Assembly: GCA_021736985.1 (NCBI GenBank)
Contig: JAIPEW010000015.1
Span: forward strand, 1,764 to 65,763
DNA from: Clostridiales bacterium
GTDB taxonomy: Bacteria > Bacillota > Desulfotomaculia > Desulfotomaculales > VENG01
Length of the DNA: 64,000 nucleotides
Direction: 5' to 3'
Shown: positions 50,655-58,951 of the stretch, in pieces
Layout of the letters: each line of letters starts with the position of its first letter
Position numbering within the stretch: the stretch's first letter is position 1
Translations under genes and position numbers: made by a program
The notes under the pieces: model-generated
The model's input: only the letters and a program-made list of their open reading frames with translations
Told to the model about the DNA's origin: nothing
Database searches by the model: none

Positions 50655-50930
50655 TTATATTTTATTAATTCCCCAAAAAATAAGTGTTATACCTATTAAG
50701 ATTAACAGCATACCCTGAGAAGATACTTTTCCTGCCAGGCCTACCAGGCCGAGTGAAGTAACAATTATTAGAATAGCAGGCCCAACCAGAGCCAGGAGTG
50801 AATTTATTTTAAAAGCAGTTTCTATTTTGCCAAAATACAACATTAACATAGCCGCTGTGAATTCAATGATAGCAGATATTAATCTTACTGCAGCCATTGA
50901 AAATACAATCTTATCAAAAACATGAAACAT
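50655..50930 (-). CDS. YqhV-like small membrane protein (DUF2619)
   Basis: Three TM helices, similar to recalled B. subtilis YqhV (R..S..IE.TAA..ML ... N.......GP.I.I). ATG at 50930 lies 5 nt after GGAGGG. Confidence 0.7.
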   Translation of the reverse strand: MFHVFDKIVFSMAAVRLISAIIEFTAAMLMLYFGKIETAFKINSLLALVGPAILIIVTSLGLVGLAGKVSSQGMLLILIGITLIFWGINKI

Positions 50931-51045
50931 TTTATCCCTCCGGCAAAACAACCTGCTTTAATCTACTTATGCCAGAATACTATTTAAAATGCATACCCAT
51001 TAACGTAAAGAGATAAAATATGTATGTTTGAAAGGATGTGAAAAT

Positions 51046-52341
51046 ATGCAGTCATCTACAGGAAAATCACTGGCCGCATTATCAACGATTCCTTTTGTAA
51101 TGGTTTTAGGAAACTCCATGATTATACCGGTACTTCCACAAATTCAAAAAGCATTAAATATCAATGAATTTCAATTAGGTCTAATAATAACCTTGTTTTC
51201 TATCCCGGCAGGCATAATAATCCCTCTGGCTGGTTTTTTCTCCGATCATTACGGGAGAAAAAAAGTAATAATTCCATCGTTAATCATATACGGCATAGGA
51301 GGAATTGTAGCAGGAACATCCTACTGGTTGCTGGGAAAAAACTCATACGGGCTTTTGCTGGGGGGGAGAATTATCCAGGGGATCGGGGCAGCAGGCACTG
51401 CTCCCATTGCCATGGCGCTTACGGGAGATCTTTTCACCGGGCAAAGCCGCAGCCGTTCCCTGGGAATCATTGAAACTGCCAACGGTTTTGGTAAAGTCGC
51501 CAGTCCCATCCTGGGCTCACTGGTGGGACTCATCGCCTGGTTTGCTACTTTTCTCTTTTTTCCTGTCATAGTCTTACCGGCACTGCTTGGTATAGCATTC
51601 TTAGTAGTAGAACCTGATAAAGAACTCCCAACTCCTGATATAAAAAAATACTTCAAGTCGATAGTAAATATCTTTGAAGAAAAAGCAAGCATGTTGTTTG
51701 CTTCTTTTTTAGGCGGAATGGTTGTCCTTTTGCTGCTTTTCGGGGTTCTTTTTTTTCTAAGCGATTTCCTGGAGAAAACATACCACCTTACAGGTGTAAT
51801 CAAAGGTGCTGCACTGGCTATCCCGGTTCTATTCATGTGTGTTTCTTCCTTTGTTACTGGAACAATTATAAAAAGACAAATAACTTTAATGAAATGGGTA
51901 GTAGTATCTGGATTGCTGCTTATATGTTTGTCACTCGGGCTGCTGGGTGCATTACAAAATACTATCCTTTTCTTCAGCATGATATCACTTGCAGGAGTAG
52001 GTACCGGCATGGTACTGCCCTGCCTTAACACGCTTATAACCAGTTCTGTAAAGTCTGAGCGCAGGGGATTAATAACATCGTTATATGGAAGCGTGCGATT
52101 TTTTGGGGTTGCAGCGGGCCCACCTATATTTGGAGCACTGATGGGGATTGGAAGACCTACCATGTTTTTCTCAGCTTCCGGCCTGGCTATTATTACAACA
52201 ATTGTTGCCTTACTATTCATCCGAGCAAAGGAAATACAAAAAGTAAGCGAGCAGCCCGAAGTAACCAGGGAAATGCCCGCTATTATTCCCGAATTTGTTT
52301 TTGAACCAGCACCAGCCCGAAAACCAGAGCCGGAAAAATAA
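51046..52341 (+). CDS. MFS transporter
   Basis: 12 TM segments and MFS motif A (FSDHYGRKKV). ATG at 51046 follows AAGGA. Confidence 0.85.
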   Translation: MQSSTGKSLAALSTIPFVMVLGNSMIIPVLPQIQKALNINEFQLGLIITLFSIPAGIIIPLAGFFSDHYGRKKVIIPSLIIYGIGGIVAGTSYWLLGKNSYGLLLGGRIIQGIGAAGTAPIAMALTGDLFTGQSRSRSLGIIETANGFGKVASPILGSLVGLIAWFATFLFFPVIVLPALLGIAFLVVEPDKELPTPDIKKYFKSIVNIFEEKASMLFASFLGGMVVLLLLFGVLFFLSDFLEKTYHLTGVIKGAALAIPVLFMCVSSFVTGTIIKRQITLMKWVVVSGLLLICLSLGLLGALQNTILFFSMISLAGVGTGMVLPCLNTLITSSVKSERRGLITSLYGSVRFFGVAAGPPIFGALMGIGRPTMFFSASGLAIITTIVALLFIRAKEIQKVSEQPEVTREMPAIIPEFVFEPAPARKPEPEK

Positions 52342-52374
52342 CTTTTTCACGCACTGCAAATAGACGCTATGATT

Positions 52375-52636
52375 CTGAACGCAGATAACAATCTGCAAAT
52401 TAAAGGGCCGGGGATTTCTGGAAAGTAGCAGAGTCCAGGTCGCTGCATAGCCCATCATTTGTGAAGTGGGAGGTGGGAAGTGTGACAATTTGAGGAAGTC
52501 TGCTGCGTAAACTTTTTCTTTTTCCCACCTCTAATTTCCCACTTCTCACCTCTGCCCTTTGCCCCGGTCCTCCACCTGGCTGTCCAGAAAAATTTTTCAT
52601 ACTCCATTGCAAACCAGAGGCCCGTGAAAGTTTAAT
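52375..52636 (+). repeat. mosaic intergenic repeat, copy C
   Basis: Full main unit. Its 3' junction module (GTTTAATT) overlaps the stop codon of the convergent gene at 52632. Confidence 0.9.
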
Positions 52637-53591
52637 TCTCAGGGTAAAGTAAAGGGTTTAGATATCTCTTCACCAAACTCTCCCCGTACTCACCAGATGG
52701 CGCCCAATTACCCCCCAGTTCCTCAAAGGAAGAAGCTCTTCCTTTAATTACAGAAAAATGCCTGGGGTCCGTTGTAACATTCTTGGGATAACCCGGGGCC
52801 CCGGCATATAAGGCCAGGTGATCCAGGTGAGCTGCCACCCCATCTTCCCAGGTATTAAATTTCTGGTGAGCCCCGGGATCATTGTTTGCGCCCCCCTCAT
52901 GTATTTTCATGCCGCAGGGATTTTTATAATTCTCTGACACCACTCCGTTAAACTTGCCAAACCCGGTTTCCTTTGCTGCCTGGGCATAAGCACCCGCCGG
53001 GTTCACTCCACCGTGGCTATCAACCAGTTCCCAGTAAAGCTCAGCGAGCTCTATAAAAACGTCGCTGGCTCCCCGGCTTTTTGCCCACTGCTGCGCTTGT
53101 TTTACACCAATTTTTGCCGAACTTATAATAGGAGTATTATTGCTTTTATCTTGTTCTTTAGTTAATTTATCAAATGAAATTAAAACCGTTTTAGTATTCT
53201 CGTTCCAGCTTACTTTTGCACCGAGCGACTCGCTTACAAACCTGACTGGAACCATAGTTTTTCCTTTTATTATTACAGCAGGCTGCTGTAATATAATTTT
53301 ATCACTATTAACTTTTACTTCTTTATACCCCGGCTTCAACTTTATTACCGTATTGTCCCTGATAGCGACCACTCTCTTTTCTTTTGACTCCCAGGTTACA
53401 GAAGCTCCCAGGGAATTAAAAATTTCACGAACCGGCAGCATCACTCTATTATCAATAATTTGCGGCAGGCAGGTATAATCTTGTGCCTCTCCATTAATTT
53501 TTACAGCAATGCTGCTGCCGGCAAAAGCATAATTACTACTTAACAAAAGCAATAATAAAAAAACAAATAAAATTGTAGTTATGTTTCTCAC
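52632..53591 (-). CDS. secreted cell-wall hydrolase: copper-amine-oxidase-like N-domain plus glucosaminidase domain
   Basis: Signal peptide, a 'stalk' domain pattern (ING......P.I.N.R.M.PVR.....G..V.W), and a C-terminal LytD-type glucosaminidase-like region. Confidence 0.7.
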   Translation of the reverse strand: MRNITTILFVFLLLLLLSSNYAFAGSSIAVKINGEAQDYTCLPQIIDNRVMLPVREIFNSLGASVTWESKEKRVVAIRDNTVIKLKPGYKEVKVNSDKIILQQPAVIIKGKTMVPVRFVSESLGAKVSWNENTKTVLISFDKLTKEQDKSNNTPIISSAKIGVKQAQQWAKSRGASDVFIELAELYWELVDSHGGVNPAGAYAQAAKETGFGKFNGVVSENYKNPCGMKIHEGGANNDPGAHQKFNTWEDGVAAHLDHLALYAGAPGYPKNVTTDPRHFSVIKGRASSFEELGGNWAPSGEYGESLVKRYLNPLLYPEN

Positions 53592-53719
53592 TTATGTCAC
53601 TCCAATAGCATTATTTTTTTATTTAATTCTTTATTATACAAAAAAAACCTTTTTCATATAAATTTTTATAAAAAATAATAAAAGATCGGTTTTGCCGGTT
53701 TATTTCCACAGTTGATACA

Positions 53720-53810
53720 CTAAACTTTAACAAGCCTTTCGCCCACAACAAAAAATGAAAGCTACAGGCTAAGCAACGCATCTGAACCGCTCCACTCCGC
53801 CCTTTCTATG
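53720..53810 (-). repeat. mosaic repeat, core-less degenerate copy F
   Basis: The reverse complement GAAAGGGCGGAGTGGAGCGGTTCAGATGCGTTGCTTAGCCTGT|AGCTTTCATTTTTTGTTGTGGGCGAAAGG joins the family left flank directly to the junction module. Confidence 0.6.
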
Positions 53811-53948
53811 AAGTAGCGTTTTAAAACCAGGGTTTTCTGATAAAACTATTAAAATAATTTTAAAATCTAAAATATTGTTATTTAATATAAAAAAACTTAT
53901 AATATTTTTTGTTATTCATATATATTGCAGAAATAGGAGGAAGTTTGT

Positions 53949-55292
53949 ATGTACCAAAGAGAAAACTGGGCTTCAAGAGTAGGTTTTATTTTAGCAGCAG
54001 CAGGCTCAGCCATAGGCCTGGGGAATATCTGGCGATTTCCTTATATGGTGGGAGAAAACGGTGGTGCAGCTTTTCTTTTTATTTATTTAATTGCTATCAT
54101 ACTTATTGGTTATCCCACGATTGTCAATGAAATGATTATTGGTAGGAAAACTCATCTTAACCCCGTAGGAGCATTCAAATCAATCGCCCCCGGAGCACCA
54201 TGGTGGCTGGTAGGCGCCATGGGGGTATTTAGTGGATTCCTTATATTATCTTATTATTCCGTTGTAGGCGGGTGGTCTCTGGCTTATATTTATAAAACAG
54301 TGATAGGCGTTCTTAATGTTGGGGCAAGCGAATTTGATACGCTCTTCGCAAACCATATAACCAATCCTATAGAACCCATAATATGGCACGGGATATTTAT
54401 GGCTTTGACCACAAGCATTGTAGCTGCCGGAATAGTTAAAGGCATCCAGCGCTCAGTACAGGTATTAATGCCACTATTATTTATTATACTGGTCTTACTC
54501 ATGGCACGGGCAGTAACGTTACAGGGTGCAGGAGAAGGACTGGCATTTTTATTAAAACCTGATTTCAGTGAAATCACTTCCAGCACGTTCCTGGACGCCA
54601 TTTCCCAGGCATTTTTCACCCTGAGCCTGGGCATGGGATGTATGATAACTTACGGGAGTTATATACGTGATAAAGATGAAATACCAGGAAGCGCCGCATC
54701 CGTAATCGGGCTGGATACATTGGTCGCTGTAATGGCAGGGTTTGCCATTTTTCCGGCAGTATTTGCCCTCGGGTTCACGCCTAACGCCGGGCCCGGCCTT
54801 ACCTTCATCACCCTGCCGGCCGTATTTTCTAAGATTCCCCTGGGAATATTTTTTGGATTTTTATTCTTTGCCCTCTTAACCGTGGCTGCACTAACTTCAG
54901 CCTTTTCCCTTCTGGAAGTAGTAGTAGCCTGGCTAATCGACGAATACAAATGGTCCCGCACCAAGGCCACAATAACCCTTGGTATATTGATATTTCTTGC
55001 GGGGATACCTTCCAGCCTCGGTTATAGTACTTTAAGCAGTTTTAGCTTCCTGGGTATGGATGTTTTAGACACTTACGATTGGCTGACCAACTCAATATTG
55101 CTGCCATTCGGAGGTTTGTTGACAGCTATTTTTACCGGTTACATATGGGGTACCAAAAATGCTATTAAAGAGGGGAATAAAAATAACCCTAAAATCCTGC
55201 TGGGCTCCTGGTGGAGTTTTCTGATACGCTATGTTATACCTGCAGTAATATTTATCATAATGTTAGCAGGAATTTGGGATACTTTTAAATAA
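53949..55292 (+). CDS. sodium-dependent transporter, neurotransmitter:sodium symporter (SNF) family
   Basis: N-terminal signature W.SR.GFILAAAGSAIGLGNIWRFPY. RBS AGGAGGAAG. Confidence 0.92.
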   Translation: MYQRENWASRVGFILAAAGSAIGLGNIWRFPYMVGENGGAAFLFIYLIAIILIGYPTIVNEMIIGRKTHLNPVGAFKSIAPGAPWWLVGAMGVFSGFLILSYYSVVGGWSLAYIYKTVIGVLNVGASEFDTLFANHITNPIEPIIWHGIFMALTTSIVAAGIVKGIQRSVQVLMPLLFIILVLLMARAVTLQGAGEGLAFLLKPDFSEITSSTFLDAISQAFFTLSLGMGCMITYGSYIRDKDEIPGSAASVIGLDTLVAVMAGFAIFPAVFALGFTPNAGPGLTFITLPAVFSKIPLGIFFGFLFFALLTVAALTSAFSLLEVVVAWLIDEYKWSRTKATITLGILIFLAGIPSSLGYSTLSSFSFLGMDVLDTYDWLTNSILLPFGGLLTAIFTGYIWGTKNAIKEGNKNNPKILLGSWWSFLIRYVIPAVIFIIMLAGIWDTFK

Positions 55293-55293
55293 C

Positions 55294-55336
55294 AAGTAAG
55301 CTGGGATAAATTCCCGGCTTACTTATTATTTGTTTT
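55294..55336 (+). terminator. intrinsic terminator of the SNF transporter gene
   Basis: 13-bp stem AAGTAAGCTGGGA / TCCCGGCTTACTT followed by ATTATTTGTTTT. Confidence 0.8.
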
Positions 55337-55341
55337 AAATA

Positions 55342-55603
55342 GAAAACTACCTAAAAACTATGGCCAGGGCCGGGGGATTTCCGGAAGGTAGCGGAGTCCG
55401 GGTGCGCTGCATAGCCCGTCATTTGCGAAGTGTGATGTGGGAAGTGTGATAATTTGAGGAAGTTATGAAGACTTTTTCTTTTTCCCACCTCTAATTTCCC
55501 ACTTCTCACCTCTGTCCTTTGCCCCGGTTCTCCACCTGGCTGTCAGAAGAGTTTTCATATTCCGTTGTGGGCCTAACGATCGTGGGCATTTAATTCTAAA
55601 ACT
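55342..55603 (+). repeat. mosaic intergenic repeat, copy D (archetype)
   Basis: Complete unit running from GAAAACTACC through the left flank, 5' arm, apical loop, pyrimidine-rich 3' arm, CTGTCAGAAGAGTTTTCATA, GTTGTGGGC..CGTGGGCATTTAATTCTAAAAC. A further degenerate fragment lies at 55673-55705. Confidence 0.9.
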
Positions 55604-55822
55604 AACCTCACCAATTGGATTAACTGGTATTTAGACACTGCCTCTTCAAGGATAAACTGTAAAACAAATTTTCAGAACGGAGTTTTCGATTTAGAATTTA
55701 AAATTTTTTTATAAACTTTATATTTTTGAATTTTTAGTATCTAAATAAACATATACTCGAAAAAAGTTATTAATTTTTTGTAAGGAATGTAAAACTTATT
55801 GATTGTACGTTCCTCCCACCCT

Positions 55823-55851
55823 TTGACATCTACCTCTGCTAACAGTAAAAT
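55823..55851 (+). promoter_or_regulatory. near-consensus sigma-A promoter
   Basis: TTGACA (55823-55828), 17 nt spacer, TAAAAT (55846-55851). Confidence 0.6.
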
Positions 55852-55876
55852 AAAAACATAAGATAGTTGCGTTATA

Positions 55877-55930
55877 GGCTTCTTGGAGGTAGTTCACAGG
55901 TTGTATTACCTTCAAGAAGCCATTTTTATC
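55877..55930 (+). terminator. strong terminator-like hairpin in the leader upstream of the PAP2-sqd genes
   Basis: 15-bp stem GGCTTCTTGGAGGTA / TACCTTCAAGAAGCC (one G-U pair) followed by ATTTTTAT. Confidence 0.6.
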
Positions 55931-56010
55931 AAGCAAACTATATTATAATCATTAAAATTAAGAATTATAATATATAACTATTATATTTAGTATTTAAAGG
56001 AGTGCTCAGA

Positions 56011-56520
56011 GTGTCTAAATTTATTAATTTTGTCACAAACAGTGATAAAATACTTTTTAACTTGATAAACGGAATAAGGAGCACCATACTAGATATTATC
56101 ATGCCTGTTTTTACTTTATACGGAAGCATCTGGTTTGCAGTAAGCATTAGTATTCTTTTGCTTTACTTTCAGCTAGAACTAGGAATAAAGATATCTGCTG
56201 CATTAATTACCAGTACTCTAATAGTACAAATTATAAAGAACCTGACTAACAGGCACAGGCCATTTATAGAAAACCCGGATTGCCAGACATTGGGCCACCT
56301 TTTTAAAGACTATTCTTTTCCGTCAGGGCATACATGTGCAGCTTGCACCATATCTATTGTTTTATCATACGGTTTTCCCGGGTTAACAAAGCTGTGGATT
56401 TTCCTGGCAATCTTCACCGGCATATCGAGGGTCTACCAGGGGCACCATTATCCAACTGATGTTTTAGCCGGCACTATAATCGGTTGTCTCGCAGGACTTT
56501 TAAGCCTGTCATTATTATAA
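56011..56520 (+). CDS. PAP2-family lipid phosphate phosphatase
   Basis: PAP2 motifs K....R.RP, PSGH and SR......HH..D. GTG at 56011 lies 9 nt after AAAGGAG. Confidence 0.85.
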   Translation: MSKFINFVTNSDKILFNLINGIRSTILDIIMPVFTLYGSIWFAVSISILLLYFQLELGIKISAALITSTLIVQIIKNLTNRHRPFIENPDCQTLGHLFKDYSFPSGHTCAACTISIVLSYGFPGLTKLWIFLAIFTGISRVYQGHHYPTDVLAGTIIGCLAGLLSLSLL

Positions 56521-56646
56521 ATTTATTTTTCTTGACATATTATCAATATTTATAGATTGATAAATGAACAAGAATTATGCTAGTGTATTGTAGAAACCTG
56601 ACAGCACAATCAACATTTAACATTTATTTTTAAAGGGAGTGATTAT

Positions 56647-57795
56647 ATGAAAATTATTGTTGCCGGAGGAGACGGCTTCTGCGGTTGGCCAACTTCTCTC
56701 TATCTTTCAGAACAGGGACATGAAGTATATATCATTGACAACCTTAAACGCAGGGATTGGGATACAGAACTTGAAAGCCAGTCAATAACTCCTATAAAAA
56801 CTCTAGAAGATAGAGTAAACTGCTGGGAAGAAACTACCGGCAAAAAAATTAAGATGTACATAGGAGACCTGCAGGATTATGACTTTTTATCTTCTGTATT
56901 TAAAGAAGTTCATCCTGATGCCTTTGTACATTTCGCAGAACAACGTGCTGCGCCATATTCCATGATAGACAGAGAACATGCTGTCTTTACCCAGGTAAAC
57001 AACGTAATAGGTACTTTAAATGTACTTTATGCCATGAGGGAATACACACCTGAATGTCACATGATAAAACTGGGTACAATGGGAGAGTACGGAACTCCAA
57101 ATATAGATATTGAAGAAGGGTACATAACTATAGAACACAAGGGTAGAAAAGACACTCTTCCATTTCCAAAACAACCAGGCTCTTTTTACCATCTATCCAA
57201 GGTTCACGACAGCAACAATATCATGTTTGCCTGCCGCGTATGGGGACTTAAAGCCACCGATTTAAACCAGGGAGTTGTTTACGGAGTACAAACTCATCAA
57301 ACCCGCAAAGATCCTCGCCTGGTAAATCGTTTTGACTTTGATGGCGTATTTGGAACTGCCCTGAACCGTTTCTGTGTACAGGCCGCTACAGGATCAGATA
57401 TAACCGTATACGGTCAGGGAGGACAAACCAGAGGATTCATTGACATAGAAGACACCATCAGGTGTATAGAGCTTGCCGCTCTTAACCCGCCCGAATCCGG
57501 TGATTTCCGGGTATTTAACCAATTCACAGAAGAGTTTTCGGTTCAAGATCTAGCAGAAAAAGTTTACAAGATTACTGATAACATGAATCTTAACCCTAAT
57601 ATTGTACATCTAGAAAACCCGCGGGTTGAAAAAGAAGTACATTATTACAATGCAATTCACACGCAATTAATGGATCTAGGACTGAAACCTCACTATCTTA
57701 CCGATGCCCGTTTAGAAGAACTGGTTAAACATGTACAGGAAAACAAAGACCGGGTATTGTATGATAAAATACTGCCAACCATTAAGTGGCGCTAA
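56647..57795 (+). CDS. sqdB: UDP-sulfoquinovose synthase (SQD1/SqdB family SDR)
   Basis: Long colinear blocks recalled from plant SQD1: GGDGFCGW, EQRAAPYSMID, NNVIGTLNVL, KLGTMGEYGTPNIDIEEGYITI, FYHLSKVHDS, ATDLNQGVVYG. Confidence 0.88.
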   Translation: MKIIVAGGDGFCGWPTSLYLSEQGHEVYIIDNLKRRDWDTELESQSITPIKTLEDRVNCWEETTGKKIKMYIGDLQDYDFLSSVFKEVHPDAFVHFAEQRAAPYSMIDREHAVFTQVNNVIGTLNVLYAMREYTPECHMIKLGTMGEYGTPNIDIEEGYITIEHKGRKDTLPFPKQPGSFYHLSKVHDSNNIMFACRVWGLKATDLNQGVVYGVQTHQTRKDPRLVNRFDFDGVFGTALNRFCVQAATGSDITVYGQGGQTRGFIDIEDTIRCIELAALNPPESGDFRVFNQFTEEFSVQDLAEKVYKITDNMNLNPNIVHLENPRVEKEVHYYNAIHTQLMDLGLKPHYLTDARLEELVKHVQENKDRVLYDKILPTIKWR

Positions 57796-57819
57796 AAACT
57801 ATACAGGCTGGAGATAACT

Positions 57820-58950
57820 ATGCGTATTGCAATATTTACAGAAACTTTTTTGCCAATGACCGATGGGATTGTAACCAGGCTTACGGCCAGTATAAATCAA
57901 CTTCTTGAACTCGGCGAAGAAGTAATGATACTGGCACCAGGTAAAGAAGAAGGAGAATATAAGGGAGCACCGGTAATACGTGTGCCTGGAATACCACTTA
58001 TAGTATATCCTGAAAAACAATTCACTTTTCCTCATCCTGTTATCTCGAAAGCACTTAAAGAATTCCAGCCAGATATTATTCATTCTGTAAACCCGGTAAA
58101 CCTGGGAGCATACGGCGTTTATTACGCAAAAAAACACAATTTACCGCTTATAGGCTCTTACCATACAAATACAATAGATTACTTGAACTATTACAAGCTA
58201 AGTTTCTTAAAACCCATGGGGTGGAAATATATACGCTGGCTGCATAACCAGTCCCTGTTTAATTTATGTACATCTAAAAAAACACAACAAGAATTAAAAA
58301 AACAAGGCATAAACAGAGTATATTACTGGGAAAAGGGCGTCGATACTGAAAAATTCAGCCCCCGGTATGCTTCACATGAAATGCGCTACAAGTTAAGCGG
58401 AGGACAACCGGAAAAAACCCTGTTTATATCCGTAGGACGTTTAGGATATGAAAAAGAACTGGAAAAATTGCGACCTGCCCTGGACTACATTCCTAACAGC
58501 TGCCTTGCCCTGGTTGGTGACGGCCCGGCACGTAAATACCTGGAAGAGGTGTTTCAAGGAACTAATACTGTATTTACAGGTTTCCTGTATGGAGAAGAAT
58601 TAGCAGCAGCTTATGCATCCTCAGATGTATTCGTACTTCCTTCTACTACTGAAACGCTAGGATTAGTTCTTCTCGAAGCTATGGCCTGTGGGATACCGGC
58701 CATAGCTGTTAATAACGGGCCGCCTGCAGAAATAGTAAAGGATGAAGTATCAGGCTCAGTCTTTTCTGAAACAGGTGAACCAGGTATTGTCCAGGTAATG
58801 TCGCACCTTGCAGAAGATAAAGATTTGAGACAAAACCTGGGTGAAAATGCACTAAAAATCTGTAAAAAAGAATTTGGATGGCGCAAACCAACTCTTCAAT
58901 TACTTGATTATTATTACCAGGCTAAAAGAGAATGGCAGGGACAGTGTTAG
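57820..58950 (+). CDS. sqdX: GT4 glycosyltransferase, SqdX/SQD2-like (sulfoquinovosyl-diacylglycerol synthase candidate)
   Basis: N-terminus MRIAIFTETFLPMTDGIVTRL resembles cyanobacterial SqdX. GT4 E.....E motif (TETLGLVLLEAMACG). Lies 24 nt downstream of sqdB. Confidence 0.75.
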   Translation: MRIAIFTETFLPMTDGIVTRLTASINQLLELGEEVMILAPGKEEGEYKGAPVIRVPGIPLIVYPEKQFTFPHPVISKALKEFQPDIIHSVNPVNLGAYGVYYAKKHNLPLIGSYHTNTIDYLNYYKLSFLKPMGWKYIRWLHNQSLFNLCTSKKTQQELKKQGINRVYYWEKGVDTEKFSPRYASHEMRYKLSGGQPEKTLFISVGRLGYEKELEKLRPALDYIPNSCLALVGDGPARKYLEEVFQGTNTVFTGFLYGEELAAAYASSDVFVLPSTTETLGLVLLEAMACGIPAIAVNNGPPAEIVKDEVSGSVFSETGEPGIVQVMSHLAEDKDLRQNLGENALKICKKEFGWRKPTLQLLDYYYQAKREWQGQC

Positions 58951-58951
58951 A

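Noticed and set aside
51321-52220. A 299-aa ORF antisense to the MFS transporter, plus similar long antisense ORFs (1267-1737, 16829-17341, 23779-24300, 30308-30766, 47114-47560, 61839-62429).
   Set aside because: These are shadow frames opposite well-supported genes. They have low-complexity or biased composition and no RBS.
55550-55603. The recurring junction module GTTTTCATA..GTTGTGGGC..CGTGGGCATTTAATT..AAAAC, considered as a CRISPR-like repeat.
   Set aside because: The sequences between junction modules are themselves conserved between loci, so they are not unique spacers. Unit lengths are irregular, at most three modules occur per locus, and no cas genes are present.
55770-55805. TGTAA/TGTAC repeats upstream of the sulfolipid promoter, considered as PhoP boxes.
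   Set aside because: The spacings are 9 and 16 nt rather than the ~11-nt phasing expected for PhoP-type direct repeats, so this is not supportable.
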